Assembly (NCBI GenBank): GCA_965197905.1
Contig: CBDAOB010000005.1
Coordinates: 128,001 to 192,000 of the forward strand
Length of the DNA: 64,000 nt
Reading direction: 5' to 3'
Source: Candidatus Latescibacterota bacterium
GTDB lineage: Bacteria > Latescibacterota > UBA2968 > UBA8231
The number at the start of each line of letters is the position of its first letter. The first letter of the stretch is position 1. A program made the translations under genes and the position numbers. The notes below the pieces were generated by a model. It saw only the letters and a list, made by a program, of their open reading frames with translations, did no database searches and was not told the DNA's origin. Positions 1 to 10,519 of the stretch are shown piece by piece.

Positions 1-159
1 GAGGAGTTCGGCCGGCCTTTGATGTTGAAACGGCCGGCGGTGCCGCGGGAGATCGCGGCGTGTGTCCTTTTCCTCGCTTCCGACGATGCATCGTTTGTGA
101 CAGGGTCGTGCCTGGTTGCTGACGGCGGCCAGTCGGCAAACAGTAGTGTCCCCGGTTAA
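1..159 (+). CDS. SDR family oxidoreductase, C-terminal end (partial at window edge)
   Basis: Frame 1 reads ...KRPAVPREIAACVLFLASDDASFVTGSCLVADGG, the typical SDR C-terminus; TAA at 157-159. Confidence 0.85.
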   Translation, partial: EEFGRPLMLKRPAVPREIAACVLFLASDDASFVTGSCLVADGGQSANSSVPG

Positions 160-301
160 CATTCGAAATGGTTCGATATGAGAGGTCCAACCAGGCCGGC
201 CCTAGCGAACGTAGGAATGCACGCAACGGTGGGTCTTGCAACTGGTTGCACTCACGACCTGGCGGCTGACGCGAGTAGGGCGTCACCTTGAGTGCAGTCG
301 C

Positions 302-877
302 CTATTTCTGTTTCCACGGCAGCGCGTTAGACGTGTAAGCCTTGCGCATGTTGCCGAGCCATACCGGCCAGAACCAGGGTGTCTTCGCGCCCGGCGGTAG
401 GTATGCGGCATCGACCGGGTATTTCTTGGTTCGATCGATCTCTTCCTTCAGGTAGCCCTCGATCGTGGAATAGGGAATCCAGGCGAAAGCGCTCCGTTCG
501 AGATAAGTCTCGTTGGCTTCGGGCGGGACATGGTTCATCACCCTGGGAGAAGGCACGTACGGAACCTGGGCGAAGTAGGCGGCGAAGGCCCCATCCATCA
601 CCGGCGTCTGTCCCTTGATTCTTTTCAGCAGATCGTCTCGTTTGAAATATCCGCGCGATTCTTCCTCAGCTTTGTGCGCGGCGGTCTCGCCCATCGTTTC
701 GCCTTCGCGCCCACCACCTCCAAACCCCGCCCATCCTCTGTCGCTTCCCGCGTGCTCTGCCAGCAGCAAATAGACCTCACCGCCCGATTGGTGGTACAGC
801 ACCATACCAGCGGGTGGCTCAGCGGCCGCAGTGTGACAAAACATCGCAACCATTCCGCTCACTATCGCCCGTTTCAT
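302..877 (-). CDS. Exported NUDIX-like protein with degenerate Nudix box
   Basis: Likely start MKRAIVSG with signal-peptide-like N-terminus; motif WAGFGGGGREGETMGETAAHKAEEESRG. Confidence 0.6.
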   Translation of the reverse strand: MKRAIVSGMVAMFCHTAAAEPPAGMVLYHQSGGEVYLLLAEHAGSDRGWAGFGGGGREGETMGETAAHKAEEESRGYFKRDDLLKRIKGQTPVMDGAFAAYFAQVPYVPSPRVMNHVPPEANETYLERSAFAWIPYSTIEGYLKEEIDRTKKYPVDAAYLPPGAKTPWFWPVWLGNMRKAYTSNALPWKQK

Positions 878-1046
878 GGGACCCCTTTCTATCCGTGCCA
901 ACGTCTGCCCTGAGATGCTGATCCACAAGGCCAGCAATATTCCTTATAATATTCGAAATCCGACTGCTCTCAATGCCAGGATATGAAGGCGGGCGTAGTT
1001 GCGATTCCACGACTGACGGCGCACCGCGATCGCTAAGGAGATCACC

Positions 1047-1973
1047 ATGTCGTCCCGCACGGAAGTTGAACCCATCATCGAGCTTTCAACCGAACTTCTC
1101 GCCTCCGAAGATCTCTTTTCGGTGCCCGATCGACGGAGCCGACGAAAGTGGAGCAGACCGTGGTGGCACATGGCTCTGCTGTGCGAGATGGGCGAAGCCG
1201 AACGAATACCAAAGTCGACCGCCGAGAGGGCGATGGGACTCCTCAAGAATGGCGCCTGGCCCAGGTTTGTGATTGCCGCTGCCGACGCGCCGCAAACGGA
1301 CGGCGACCGGGAAAAGATGGACTGCTGCCACTGCGAGCTGGGTGTTTTCTACCGGTTACTTTCGGAGTGTGGCTGCGATGTAGATGCCGAGCTCCCGTGG
1401 ATGCGAAACTGGTTTCTGCAACACCAGCTCCCCGACGGAGGCTTGAACTGCGAGCCATCCGCGTACGGCGGTTCTCGGAAGAGCTCGATAGTTTCAACCC
1501 TGCCGCCAATCGAAGCGATTCTGTACTTCACACCTCGGCCATTTACCGACGCCGAGTCCAGGTTTCTGGATGAAGGGGCGCGATATCTGATCGAGCATCG
1601 TCTGATTTGTTCGAAGAAGGATGGGGGAATCATCAATAAGGAATGGTTGAAACCTCTATTTCCACGTTTTTTCGAATACGACCTACTGCGGGGGTTGGCC
1701 TATCTCGCGGAATGGTCGAAGCGCCGAGAGCAACCCCTGCCAGAGACTGTGATCGCAGAAGGTCTCGGCCGGCTCAAGCCCTACATCGGAAAAAATGGCG
1801 TCATTCTGGGAAGGCATGTGAACGACCGAACAGGGGGCTGGAACGGAAGGACCTTCCCGCTGTTGAAATCCGTGAGCCGAGTGGGAAAAACATCCCCGTA
1901 TCTGGCAAGACAGCTGGACACCGTGCTCCATGGCGTCCAGAAGGCAGACCGTTCGGGAACCGGCCTCAGGTGA
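1047..1973 (+). CDS. Prenyltransferase/squalene-cyclase-repeat-like protein
   Basis: QHQLPDGGLNC repeat motif, FPRFFEYDLLRGL; RBS AAGGAG upstream. Confidence 0.6.
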   Translation: MSSRTEVEPIIELSTELLASEDLFSVPDRRSRRKWSRPWWHMALLCEMGEAERIPKSTAERAMGLLKNGAWPRFVIAAADAPQTDGDREKMDCCHCELGVFYRLLSECGCDVDAELPWMRNWFLQHQLPDGGLNCEPSAYGGSRKSSIVSTLPPIEAILYFTPRPFTDAESRFLDEGARYLIEHRLICSKKDGGIINKEWLKPLFPRFFEYDLLRGLAYLAEWSKRREQPLPETVIAEGLGRLKPYIGKNGVILGRHVNDRTGGWNGRTFPLLKSVSRVGKTSPYLARQLDTVLHGVQKADRSGTGLR

Positions 1974-2617
1974 AATTCCCCTCAGTTTTCACAGCTGCTC
2001 AGAACGAGATTCTCGAGGATCTCGAGCGCCGTGACCACCACGAGCGCCAAAACGGAATACGCGAAGCGCTCAGCCTCAAAGCGCTCGATCCTTCGGTTGC
2101 ACAACTACTCTATCTATTGATCCTGCAGCAGGGAGCCAGGACCATCGTGGAGTTCGGCACCTCTCACGGGTACTCCACCATTCACCTTGCCGCGGCGGCC
2201 GAGCAAACCGATGGCCAGGTCCATTCCGTGGACCTGATGCCCGAGAAGACGGCGTTTGCGACTGGAAATCTCGAAGCAGCAGGTCTCATACATCGCGTCA
2301 CGCTTGTAACCTCCGATGGAGTCGACTTCGTCACCTCGCTGCCCGACGGGGTCGATTTTGTTCTCGTCGACTACGGCGTGCCCAAATTTGTGTCCGCCTT
2401 TCCCGAGCTACGCGAACGGATGGCACCAGGATGTTTGATCTTCTTCGACGGTGGCCCCGGGGGTTACTGGGACCGGGAGGATGTACGTGACTTCAAGACG
2501 CAGCTCGAGGAGGATCCATCCTTTCTGGTCCTGATGCTGCCCATGCACAAGGAGCAGCTGCTCGCTGTTAGAATAGGGAATGAGGTGCAACCGCTAGTGG
2601 TAGACAGTCCTACTTGA
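1970..2617 (+). CDS. Class I SAM-dependent O-methyltransferase
   Basis: IVEFGTSHGYSTIHLA motif; GTG start overlaps upstream TGA (GTGA). Confidence 0.85.
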   Translation: MKFPSVFTAAQNEILEDLERRDHHERQNGIREALSLKALDPSVAQLLYLLILQQGARTIVEFGTSHGYSTIHLAAAAEQTDGQVHSVDLMPEKTAFATGNLEAAGLIHRVTLVTSDGVDFVTSLPDGVDFVLVDYGVPKFVSAFPELRERMAPGCLIFFDGGPGGYWDREDVRDFKTQLEEDPSFLVLMLPMHKEQLLAVRIGNEVQPLVVDSPT

Positions 2618-2696
2618 CTCGACTAGCAGGCAGGCCGTTTATCCACCGTTGTTCGACGGCGCCATCACGACAACCAGTGCAAGTGGAGAGTGAGAG

Positions 2697-3014
2697 ATGA
2701 AACAGAGCAAGCAGTACACGGTGCGGGCGGTACGCTGCCAACACGAAGCGACGGTAGAGGAGACCTACCAGGCTCTCCGACGTGCCACCGAACCTCTCGC
2801 CGACGCCTGGGCGCGCCTCGAGAAAGCCGGCCGCATAGGTTTGAAGATCAACCAGGACATGCGGCTAGACGAACGAATCCGTCACAAGGGGATGTGGCAG
2901 CAGCTTGTTTGTGACAAGGTTGTGCGTGCCGCCCTTCGCCTGCTGCCCGAGCGGACAAGCGCCGAGATCGTGTGCACCGACGTGAGCTTCTACGGCGAGC
3001 GGGTCATCGCCTGA
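2697..3014 (+). pseudogene. Probable truncated DUF362-like protein (N-terminal part only)
   Basis: RIGLKIN...VVRAALRLL...EIVCTD resembles the DUF362 N-terminus; only 105 aa. Confidence 0.4.
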
Positions 3015-3044
3015 GTTACTCCGCCCAGGCCTGAGCTGGATAGC

Positions 3045-4673
3045 GTGCCATCCCTTAACCGTAACCTGATTGCCCGCCTGAAGGATCCACGCAGCGAGGT
3101 TCCGCTCGTTGTGCTCGCCGCGTTCTTGTGGGTACCGGGAATGGGCGATCCGTCCTTCCTCTCCGACGATTTCGATCACCTGTTGACCTGGGGGACGCCG
3201 CCGTTCGACCAGATCTGGCGCTGGTTCTACACCGAATCCTTCGGCTACTACCGGCCCCTGACCGCTTTGCTGTGGAAGGTGGAGTACGCTCTCTGGGGAC
3301 CGACGCCGCTGGGTTTCCAGCTGGTAAACCTGGGCCTGCACACCGGCTGCGCGCTCTTTGTTCGCCGATTGGCATTGCAGGTTTTCGGGCCGTCGCGTGC
3401 CGGTCTCTGGGCGGCCTTGGCGTTTCTCTTCATGCCAGGTCACATCTTCGGCGTGTTGATGGTCGCGGCTTTGACCGGACTGCTATGCGCGTTGCTCTAC
3501 CTGGCTTCGATCAGCCTTTACCTTCAAGGCCGGTCAAGTTCGCGGCCTCATCTGGTGCTCTCGGTGGTGTTCTTTCTGCTGGCCGCGCTGACCAAAGAGC
3601 TGGCACTGTCGTTGCCCTTGTTGGTCAGTCTCTGGGAGGCGATCGCGCTGCGGCATGAACGGCGGTTTTCATTCGTGCGCTGGTTCAAAGGTTGTCTGCC
3701 CTACGGCCTGGCGTTGGCCGCGTATCTTCTGTTTCGTCTCATCCACTTCGGCCAGTTGCCCAACAGCCCGCTGCACGCCCACCTGGATCCGGAGCGCATC
3801 GTAGTTAACGCGGCGACGTATACGGTAAAGTGTTTCGTACCCTGGGGTCTGGAGGGTTTGAAACCTTTCTTCCGCGCCCATCCCGACCTTTTGGCGCTGT
3901 TCGCCGGCGCCGGTCTGGTCACGGTGCTGGGTTTCGGGTGGATCTGCCGGCACGCGGTCAAGCCGGGACACTGGTTCAGCGTTATCTGGCTGGGAATTAC
4001 CATGCTGCCCGTAGTTACGCTGTATTCGCCCTGGAACACCTACCTGACCTCGGTCGCCGCCGCGTTGCTGATCGGAGTCTGGTGCGACTGGACTGGAGGA
4101 GTGCGGGCGGCGGGGGTCAGGAAGTGGGGCCTGGTCGCATTCCTCAGCCTGTCGGTCGTCTATTCTCTGGACCACCAGCAGCGCTGGCGCCAGGCGCGTG
4201 TCCTCTGTGGCCGGCTGACCCAGGCCCTGGTCGCGATGCCGGCTTCGGACACTTATTATCTGGCCAACCTGCCGGCTGAGTGGAGCGATGTTCCGCTCTT
4301 TGTCAGCGACTCGGCTCTGCGGGGATCCGTCGCACTCGGCGGCCACCGAAGACAGGTCATGGGCCTTGCCAATGTCTGCAAAGTCCAGCGGGCAGATCGG
4401 GTCGAAATCACTCGGAACAAGGGGCCCAGCTTCTCGCTCCGCCTCGCGCTGCCGGAAGAGTTCATTCGGCTCGAGTCCCTGGAGATCCTTGCCAACCGCA
4501 GGGGGCCGCAACCGGGCTATCGCTTCTCGAAAGGAGCGGCGAGGATCCGTGTCGATGCGCTCAACCCGCAAGGGCAAGCAAGCGCGCTGACGGTGGATAT
4601 GGGGTCCGCCGCAGCTCTGGCCAGGGTCTATCTCTGGGACGGTCAACGATTGAAGCCGCTTTTCAAACCATGA
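3045..4673 (+). CDS. Multi-pass membrane GT-C-type glycosyltransferase (PMT/TMTC-like)
   Basis: FLSDDF, YYRPLT, NLGLH and LTKE motifs with many hydrophobic segments. Confidence 0.75.
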   Translation: MPSLNRNLIARLKDPRSEVPLVVLAAFLWVPGMGDPSFLSDDFDHLLTWGTPPFDQIWRWFYTESFGYYRPLTALLWKVEYALWGPTPLGFQLVNLGLHTGCALFVRRLALQVFGPSRAGLWAALAFLFMPGHIFGVLMVAALTGLLCALLYLASISLYLQGRSSSRPHLVLSVVFFLLAALTKELALSLPLLVSLWEAIALRHERRFSFVRWFKGCLPYGLALAAYLLFRLIHFGQLPNSPLHAHLDPERIVVNAATYTVKCFVPWGLEGLKPFFRAHPDLLALFAGAGLVTVLGFGWICRHAVKPGHWFSVIWLGITMLPVVTLYSPWNTYLTSVAAALLIGVWCDWTGGVRAAGVRKWGLVAFLSLSVVYSLDHQQRWRQARVLCGRLTQALVAMPASDTYYLANLPAEWSDVPLFVSDSALRGSVALGGHRRQVMGLANVCKVQRADRVEITRNKGPSFSLRLALPEEFIRLESLEILANRRGPQPGYRFSKGAARIRVDALNPQGQASALTVDMGSAAALARVYLWDGQRLKPLFKP

Positions 4674-6079
4674 AGGGTGCCCTCGGAATACTGGTTCTGG
4701 CTGCCCTGGCTTACTGGCCCGCCGGTCAAGCTTTCTTCGTCAAGGACGATATCGTCCTGATCTCAGGCGCCCATCTGGACTTTTCCACCGCGCTCTTCCA
4801 CTCGTGGCCCGGCGGTTTCGTGCGCCACGAGGCGCCAGAGAACCGGGTGGGATGCAAGGACCCACCAACGGGCTGTCGCAGCAGCCCGTTGAAGCTGGAG
4901 GCAGCCTGACCCTGGGAGCGCAGGGGAAGGTGGAAGCAGCCTCGACAACGACAGAGTGGAGTGGCACCTCCAGACACTCCACGTCTGGCAAGCAAGACGG
5001 AATGGTGTAACCCGAAGTGAACCAGTGATGGAACCCCCTTTAGCGGCCCGCCAACCCAAACCTGGTGGATAAGGGTTGGTACGCAACGCACGTGGTCGGA
5101 TATATGACCGACTGCGACTCTGGGGAGGTGTGATACCCACCGAAGCAGAGGCCTTGGAGAATGCCTGCGGCGTACCCAAGGCGAAGTTGCAGGGGAAAAG
5201 CTGGGCACCTCCCCCGTCAAACGGTTCATGGTGAACGTGGGAACCGAGCCGAGTCCGACCGTTATCGGGCCCACTCAACACCGAAATTGGCGTTACGGCG
5301 TATTAGAGCTCGACACTGGCTACTACGCGATAGAAACAAGCTTCGGGTCCGTGATGACCAACGGGGCTTACTACCTCTATCTGCTCGCCGGCGGCAGCGC
5401 GATCGGCGGCAGGGTCGTCTACTACGATCCCGAACAGATCGGAGCGAATTTCTTCGACGTGTTCCCGCCGTTGTTGATTCTGACCGCTTTGCTGGTCGCT
5501 GCCTACGTGTGGCAAGCCAGAAAGAACGGCGACCGACCCTACGCCGGTCTGGGGATGCCGTTCCTATGGATTCTCCTTTCCCTCCTGCCGCTCCTGATCC
5601 TGGGTGAACGTCCGCGTCGTCTCGCCTATCTGGCGGTACCCGGCTACTCCATGGCCCTAGGTCACATCCTGTTCTACCTGCACGACAAATCCCGCTTCAT
5701 GCGAATATCCAGAACAGGCATTATCTGTTTCGCCCTGGTTTTGGTTTCGACGCTGCATCTACGAAACCGCGATTGGCTTGCCGCCGGCGACCTGGAACGC
5801 TCACTGAGCGATGTGGTTGCCGACGATTGCCACATGGTTGCATTCGACGTGCCGAACCTTATCGGAGATGCCTTATTCTTCAACAGCGGATCAACTGCGC
5901 TCTGGCTGGCTAAAACCGGCCGACGGCCGCTCGTTTCCCCGCCCCACGAATGGGAACGAATTCCGGCGGGGACGATCCCCTGCTACTACCGCTACGCGGA
6001 CGGTCACGTCGAGCCGGTCGAAGAGCCACCTCGTAGTCCCACGTTTACGCGCGGACGGAATTGGGCACCATCCCCTTGA
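4670..6079 (+). pseudogene. Second GT-C-like glycosyltransferase, disrupted by intron fragment and internally deleted
   Basis: N-part 4670-4819 (MKGALG...FFVKDD...WPGGF); C-part ~5288-6079 (WRYG...RRLAYLAVPG); the central RP/KE transmembrane block is absent. Confidence 0.7.
4820..5279 (+). mobile_element. Group II intron 5' fragment (domain I), no RT ORF, no recognisable domain V
   Basis: Begins GTGCG exactly where the host gene breaks; domain-I-like motifs GAAGTGAACC and GGTGAACGTGGGAACC; hairpin-rich; 3' boundary uncertain. Confidence 0.7.
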
Positions 6080-6308
6080 GGGGGGCTGGCCGACGTACGG
6101 CTCGTCGGTCCGCTGCAGCCAAGACATCGGTGGGATTGGTATCTTCTTTGAGTGCGCGAATTTCGGGTGTCTCGCGAATCACAGCCGAGAAAACGTATCC
6201 GGGTTTTGACACCAATGGAATCGAGTGGGAGTTTGTAAACCGCCTTACCGACGAACCGGATAAGACCGACACCCTATGGCTGGGCGGTAGACCCTTCAAG
6301 AAAGCGAA

Positions 6309-7670
6309 ATGAAATCTGAACAGAAATTGCAGATCCTGCTGGTTGACGACGAGGAGATCGTACATCAGACAGTCGGTGATTATCTGCGCGAATCCGGCGC
6401 CGAGGTAACGTCGAGGCACGACGGTCGTGAGGCCCTCGATGCCATAACCGGAACCGACTACGATCTCGTATTGGCGGATATCAGAATGCCACGCCTGGAC
6501 GGTTTATCGTTTCTCGAAGAGGCGCAGCAGGTCCGGCCGGAGCTTTCGGTCGTGATCATAACCGGGCACGGGAACATGGAGACTGCTGTGCAGGCGCTCC
6601 GACTTGGAGCTGCCGATTTTCTCACCAAGCCGGTAAAGCTTATAGAGTTGGATGCGGTCCTCGAAAAGGCGGTCCGGCTGAGCGCGTTGCGCAAGGATCG
6701 GCTGCATCTGCGGGAAACCATCCGGGGTATTCAGGAAGCGGAGGGGTTGGGAGACGGCGGACATCAATTTCTCGGAACGAGCACCTCAACCGAAGTCATT
6801 CGAACCCAGGTGCAGCGCGCGGTTGAAGCTGAGTGTGATACAATTCTGATTACGGGCGAGACCGGTACTGGCAAGGAAGTGGTCGCTCGCGAGATCCACC
6901 GCCAGGCCTTTCCAGCCGAGCGGCCGTTTATCGCCGTAAGCTGCCCCGCGCTGCCAGATACTCTGGTGGAAAGCGAGCTCTTTGGGCATGTGAAGGGCGC
7001 TTTTACGGGCGCGCAGACAAACCGCGCCGGATACTTCGAGTTGGCGGATGGTGGCACCCTTTTCCTCGATGAGGTTGGAGATCTCTCAGACGCCGCGCAG
7101 GCGAAGCTGTTGCGGGTCCTCGAGACCAGGGCGCTGCGAAGAGTGGGGGCGGCCAAGGAAACCGAGGTTGAAGTCCGGGTCGTCGCGGCGACCAATCGGT
7201 CCCTCGAGCAGATGGTGGCGACGGGCAGCTTCCGCAGTGACCTGTTTTACCGGCTCAACCTATTTGGGATCGAGCTAACGCCGCTCAGAGAACGGCGCGA
7301 AGACATTCTCATCCTCGCCAAACACTTCTTGGAGGTTCGCAACCGAGGACGGTCCGGTCGGGCTGCGGGATTTTCGCCAGTTGCCGAAGAGATCCTGAGC
7401 GAATACGACTATCCCCGCAACGCCCGCGAGCTACGGAACCTCGTGGAGCGGGCGGCAATTCTCTGCGCCGAAGAGGAAATCCAAGCGGAGCACCTCAGCC
7501 TTCCACAGCGGAACGCGGAACCCGCTCCCGGGGACGCGCCTGCCACCGAACGAGCCGCAATCATCCACGCGCTGGAGGAAGCGAAGTGGAACCGTCGCCG
7601 AGCGGCGGAGATCCTCGACATGCCGTACTCCACCTTGCGATACAAGATGGGCAAACTGCAGATTGTCTGA
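6309..7670 (+). CDS. Sigma-54-dependent response regulator (NtrC/AtoC family: REC-AAA+-HTH)
   Basis: LLVDDE, GETGTGKE, ELFGHVKGAFTGA, TLFLDEVG and C-terminal Fis-type HTH. Confidence 0.95.
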   Translation: MKSEQKLQILLVDDEEIVHQTVGDYLRESGAEVTSRHDGREALDAITGTDYDLVLADIRMPRLDGLSFLEEAQQVRPELSVVIITGHGNMETAVQALRLGAADFLTKPVKLIELDAVLEKAVRLSALRKDRLHLRETIRGIQEAEGLGDGGHQFLGTSTSTEVIRTQVQRAVEAECDTILITGETGTGKEVVAREIHRQAFPAERPFIAVSCPALPDTLVESELFGHVKGAFTGAQTNRAGYFELADGGTLFLDEVGDLSDAAQAKLLRVLETRALRRVGAAKETEVEVRVVAATNRSLEQMVATGSFRSDLFYRLNLFGIELTPLRERREDILILAKHFLEVRNRGRSGRAAGFSPVAEEILSEYDYPRNARELRNLVERAAILCAEEEIQAEHLSLPQRNAEPAPGDAPATERAAIIHALEEAKWNRRRAAEILDMPYSTLRYKMGKLQIV

Positions 7671-8841
7671 AACGCTGCTGATCGTCGAGGATGAGGCCAT
7701 CGTAGCCGCCGATTTGAAGGCTACTCTCGAACGTAGCGGATACACGGTTCTCGGACCCGTGGAATCCGGGGAGGTCGCCGTTGAAATAGCCGCCGAGCAG
7801 CACCCCGATCTCATCCTCATGGACATCCGGCTTGCGGGCGAGATGGACGGCATCGAGGCTGCCGCGCGAATCCGCCAGCAGCTCCACCTTCCCGTGGTGT
7901 TTCTGACCGCCCATTCGGACGAGGCCACGCTCTCCAGGGCACGGGAATCCGCACCCCTCGGGTTCTTGTTGAAACCCTTCAACGAGCGCGAGCTTCGAAC
8001 CACCATCGAGATCGCAATACACCGCCACGAGCTGGAGGAGAAGCTTCGAGTTACGACCGAAAATCTCGAGCGTGAAACCGCGGAACGGCGTCGCGCTGAG
8101 AGCGAGCTGGATCTGTACCGCGCCCTTACGATTCGCTCCGACAGGCTTCGGTCGCTCGGCCAGATGGCGGCCGGCATCGCCCATGAAATCAACCAGCCTC
8201 TCGTCGGCGTCAGGGGTCTGGCCGAACACATCCTGCTGGGCTTGGAACGCGGCTGGGATTCCAGCGGGGAGACACTCAAAAGTCGTGTCGAAAAGATCAT
8301 TGAGCAGGCCGATCGCATGGATCACATCGTCGAACACGTGCGTATGTTCGCCAGAGAAGGAGATCGGGCTACCTTCGAGCAGGTCAATGTTAACGATGTC
8401 GCGGAGTCAGCAGCGGCGTTGCTGACAAGTCCTTTTCGCCAGGAAGGGGTTCGACTGGATACCGAGCTGGGGACCGAACTGCCCCCTGTGCACGCCAATG
8501 TGTTCTCGCTCGAGGAGGTGCTCATCAACCTGCTCAACAACGCCCGTGACGCCGAGCTGGATCGCCCGGAGGTCGAGTCACCTCGGGTACTCTTGCAGAC
8601 TCAGGTTCAGGGCGAGAACGTGCAGATTGCCGTAATCGATCACGGTATCGGAATCCCGAAGGAATACAGCGACCGAATCTTCGATCCGTTCTTCACCACC
8701 AAAGAACCAAACAAGGGATCAGGATTGGGATTGGCTATCTCAAGGAATATCGTCGATGACTTTGGCGGCAAGCTTGAAATTCGTTCAACGCCGGACAAGG
8801 GCTGTACAGCCTTGATATCCCTGCCGTTCGCAGCCAAGTAA
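7663..8841 (+). CDS. Hybrid REC-histidine kinase
   Basis: LIVEDE...LMDI receiver; AGIAHEINQP H-box; N, G1, F and G2 boxes. Confidence 0.92.
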   Translation: MSETLLIVEDEAIVAADLKATLERSGYTVLGPVESGEVAVEIAAEQHPDLILMDIRLAGEMDGIEAAARIRQQLHLPVVFLTAHSDEATLSRARESAPLGFLLKPFNERELRTTIEIAIHRHELEEKLRVTTENLERETAERRRAESELDLYRALTIRSDRLRSLGQMAAGIAHEINQPLVGVRGLAEHILLGLERGWDSSGETLKSRVEKIIEQADRMDHIVEHVRMFAREGDRATFEQVNVNDVAESAAALLTSPFRQEGVRLDTELGTELPPVHANVFSLEEVLINLLNNARDAELDRPEVESPRVLLQTQVQGENVQIAVIDHGIGIPKEYSDRIFDPFFTTKEPNKGSGLGLAISRNIVDDFGGKLEIRSTPDKGCTALISLPFAAK

Positions 8842-9034
8842 TCCTTTCCGAACTCACTACTTACGCTTCAACTGCCCACCAAGCCGACTGCAGGATGGGA
8901 CTCGCCCTCGGGTCTTATTAGCACTTGTTGTTAACAATAGATGCGAATCTGAGCCGAAAAGACCCCGTTAGACAGTCTCACTAACGCACCATAAACCAGG
9001 ATTTTTCATGATCTTATGGTCGATTTTCGTCGGC

Positions 9035-9050
9035 TGGTATGAACTTTGCC
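9035..9050 (+). promoter_or_regulatory. Sigma-54 (-24/-12) promoter
   Basis: TGGTATGAACTTTGCC = GG-N10-GC, upstream of 9186. Confidence 0.6.
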
Positions 9051-9185
9051 AAAGGATCTAGCCTAAGGAGGCGCCCAAGGTGAGCAATGGGAAGCGCAGG
9101 ATGTGTTGCTCCCCGATGCGGAGCGCATAGAGGTTCTCGCGGTCCCGGCGTAACCCTGATCTAGCTTGGAGAGGAGCTTGAACTA

Positions 9186-9560
9186 GTGAAATCGCTAAGC
9201 GTGCTGGTTGCAGATGACGAGGAAATCGTTCGCAAGACTGTGGCGGACTATCTGATGGCATCCGGCCATTCTGTCCGTCAGGTTGAAGACGGTCTCGAGG
9301 CACTCGCCGCCATCGAGTCCGACCAGTACGATTTGCTTATCGCAGACGTGCGCATGCCCCGAATGGGAGGTGTTGCCCTGTTGACCGAGTGTTCTCATAA
9401 ATATCCCGACCTCCCGGTCATAATAGTTACCGGCCATGGTGATGAGGCTTTGTCTAACGAGGTGCTGGAGCTGGGGGCCCACAGCCTCCTCACCAAGCCG
9501 TTTGCCCTACGGGATCTGGGCAAGCTCGTGGCGGCAACGGGGAAGGACGATCAGTCTTGA
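9186..9560 (+). CDS. Single-domain response regulator
   Basis: VLVADDE, IADVRMP, VTGHG, KPF; RBS GAGGAG. Confidence 0.9.
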   Translation: MKSLSVLVADDEEIVRKTVADYLMASGHSVRQVEDGLEALAAIESDQYDLLIADVRMPRMGGVALLTECSHKYPDLPVIIVTGHGDEALSNEVLELGAHSLLTKPFALRDLGKLVAATGKDDQS

Positions 9561-9629
9561 AACTCATCTATTGCTCGTCGTCGTATTCGCTGGAGGTGAT
9601 GCAGTGTCCGACGTTCCTATGAACCAGGT

Positions 9630-9775
9630 ACAGAGGAGCCACAATGATGATCGTCTTGGTGGATGACGAAGATGCCATTCCGCGAGAGAAGATACTCAAA
9701 GGTCTGGATGGCTTGGGGGCAGTGAAGCATTGTCGCATCGAACGGACTTTCGATCCCGATCTTCCTCCGGTATCG
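9630..9775 (+). pseudogene. Collapsed remnant of a paralogous RR-HK operon
   Basis: ACAGAGGAGCCAC plus MMIVLVDDED matches the start of the 14546 gene; EKILKGLDGLGAVKHCRIERTFDPDLP matches ~16270-16350. Confidence 0.75.
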
Positions 9776-9822
9776 GCGCAATGCTACGTGGGCGTTTCGC
9801 CCTGCGTAGCTACCGACTTAGC

Positions 9823-10519
9823 TCAGAACAAGATCTTTGCGCCCAGGGCGAGTCCAGAGCCGTCGAGGCGGGGATTGTCGTCTTCATACTCGTTAAACCT
9901 GTACTCTGCGACGGCCTGGAAGCGGGAGTCTATCCGTAGGTTGAGCTGGGGTTCGATTACCCAACGATTGGGACTCGATTTGTCGATGTTTAGATCCGCA
10001 AATCCGGTTATTGACAGCAGGTTGGTCAATGGAATGAAGTAGATCAGGCTTGCCTGACTTCCGCTGTCATCCGTCTCATAAGGGTGCACGCGCAGGCGAA
10101 GCCATCCCTTGTTGCGGGCCAGTCTCGAGAGCCCTTGTTGGTAGGTGAGACCGAACCGGAAGACCTCATTTCCGCGGCCAGCGAAATCGTCGTATTCTGC
10201 CTGGAGGCTCAGGCCCCGAATTCCTCCCACCCAACGCGGATCCAGAGCACGCTGGAGGCGGTATTCGAGGAAGTACCTCGTAAGGTCAAAGCGCGCCAGA
10301 CGATTTCTTCTGATCGCTGTGGAGATCGACAAAGCCAAACACGGAAAAACCCAGCGGCAGTGCCTTGGTACTGCTCTGAAGGGCGGCCGTGTTGAAATTT
10401 CGGCTATCGAAGTAGTAGGTCGCCTGGGCCGAGGTCTTCCACGGGTTATTCTCCCCGCCCCAGGTTGTATCAATGGCTGCTGCGCCCACGAAAGTTAGAA
10501 CTAAGATCAATTGTCGCAT
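9823..10519 (-). CDS. Outer-membrane beta-barrel protein, frameshifted near 10296
   Basis: Signal peptide in 10286-10519 ORF; amphipathic strands and terminal Phe (GAKILF) in 9823 frame; removing one G joins the frames. Confidence 0.7.

Noticed and set aside
1643..1969. N-terminal extension of the methyltransferase ORF
   Set aside because: Overlaps the upstream gene; GTG at 1970 gives a normal length and coupling
5246..5279. GAGCCG as group II intron domain V / complete spliceable mini-intron
   Set aside because: Lacks the domain V hairpin with GNRA loop and AC bulge; splicing would not restore the frame
9644..10042. 132 aa ORF as a functional gene
   Set aside because: Chimera of receiver and kinase scraps running antisense into the barrel gene
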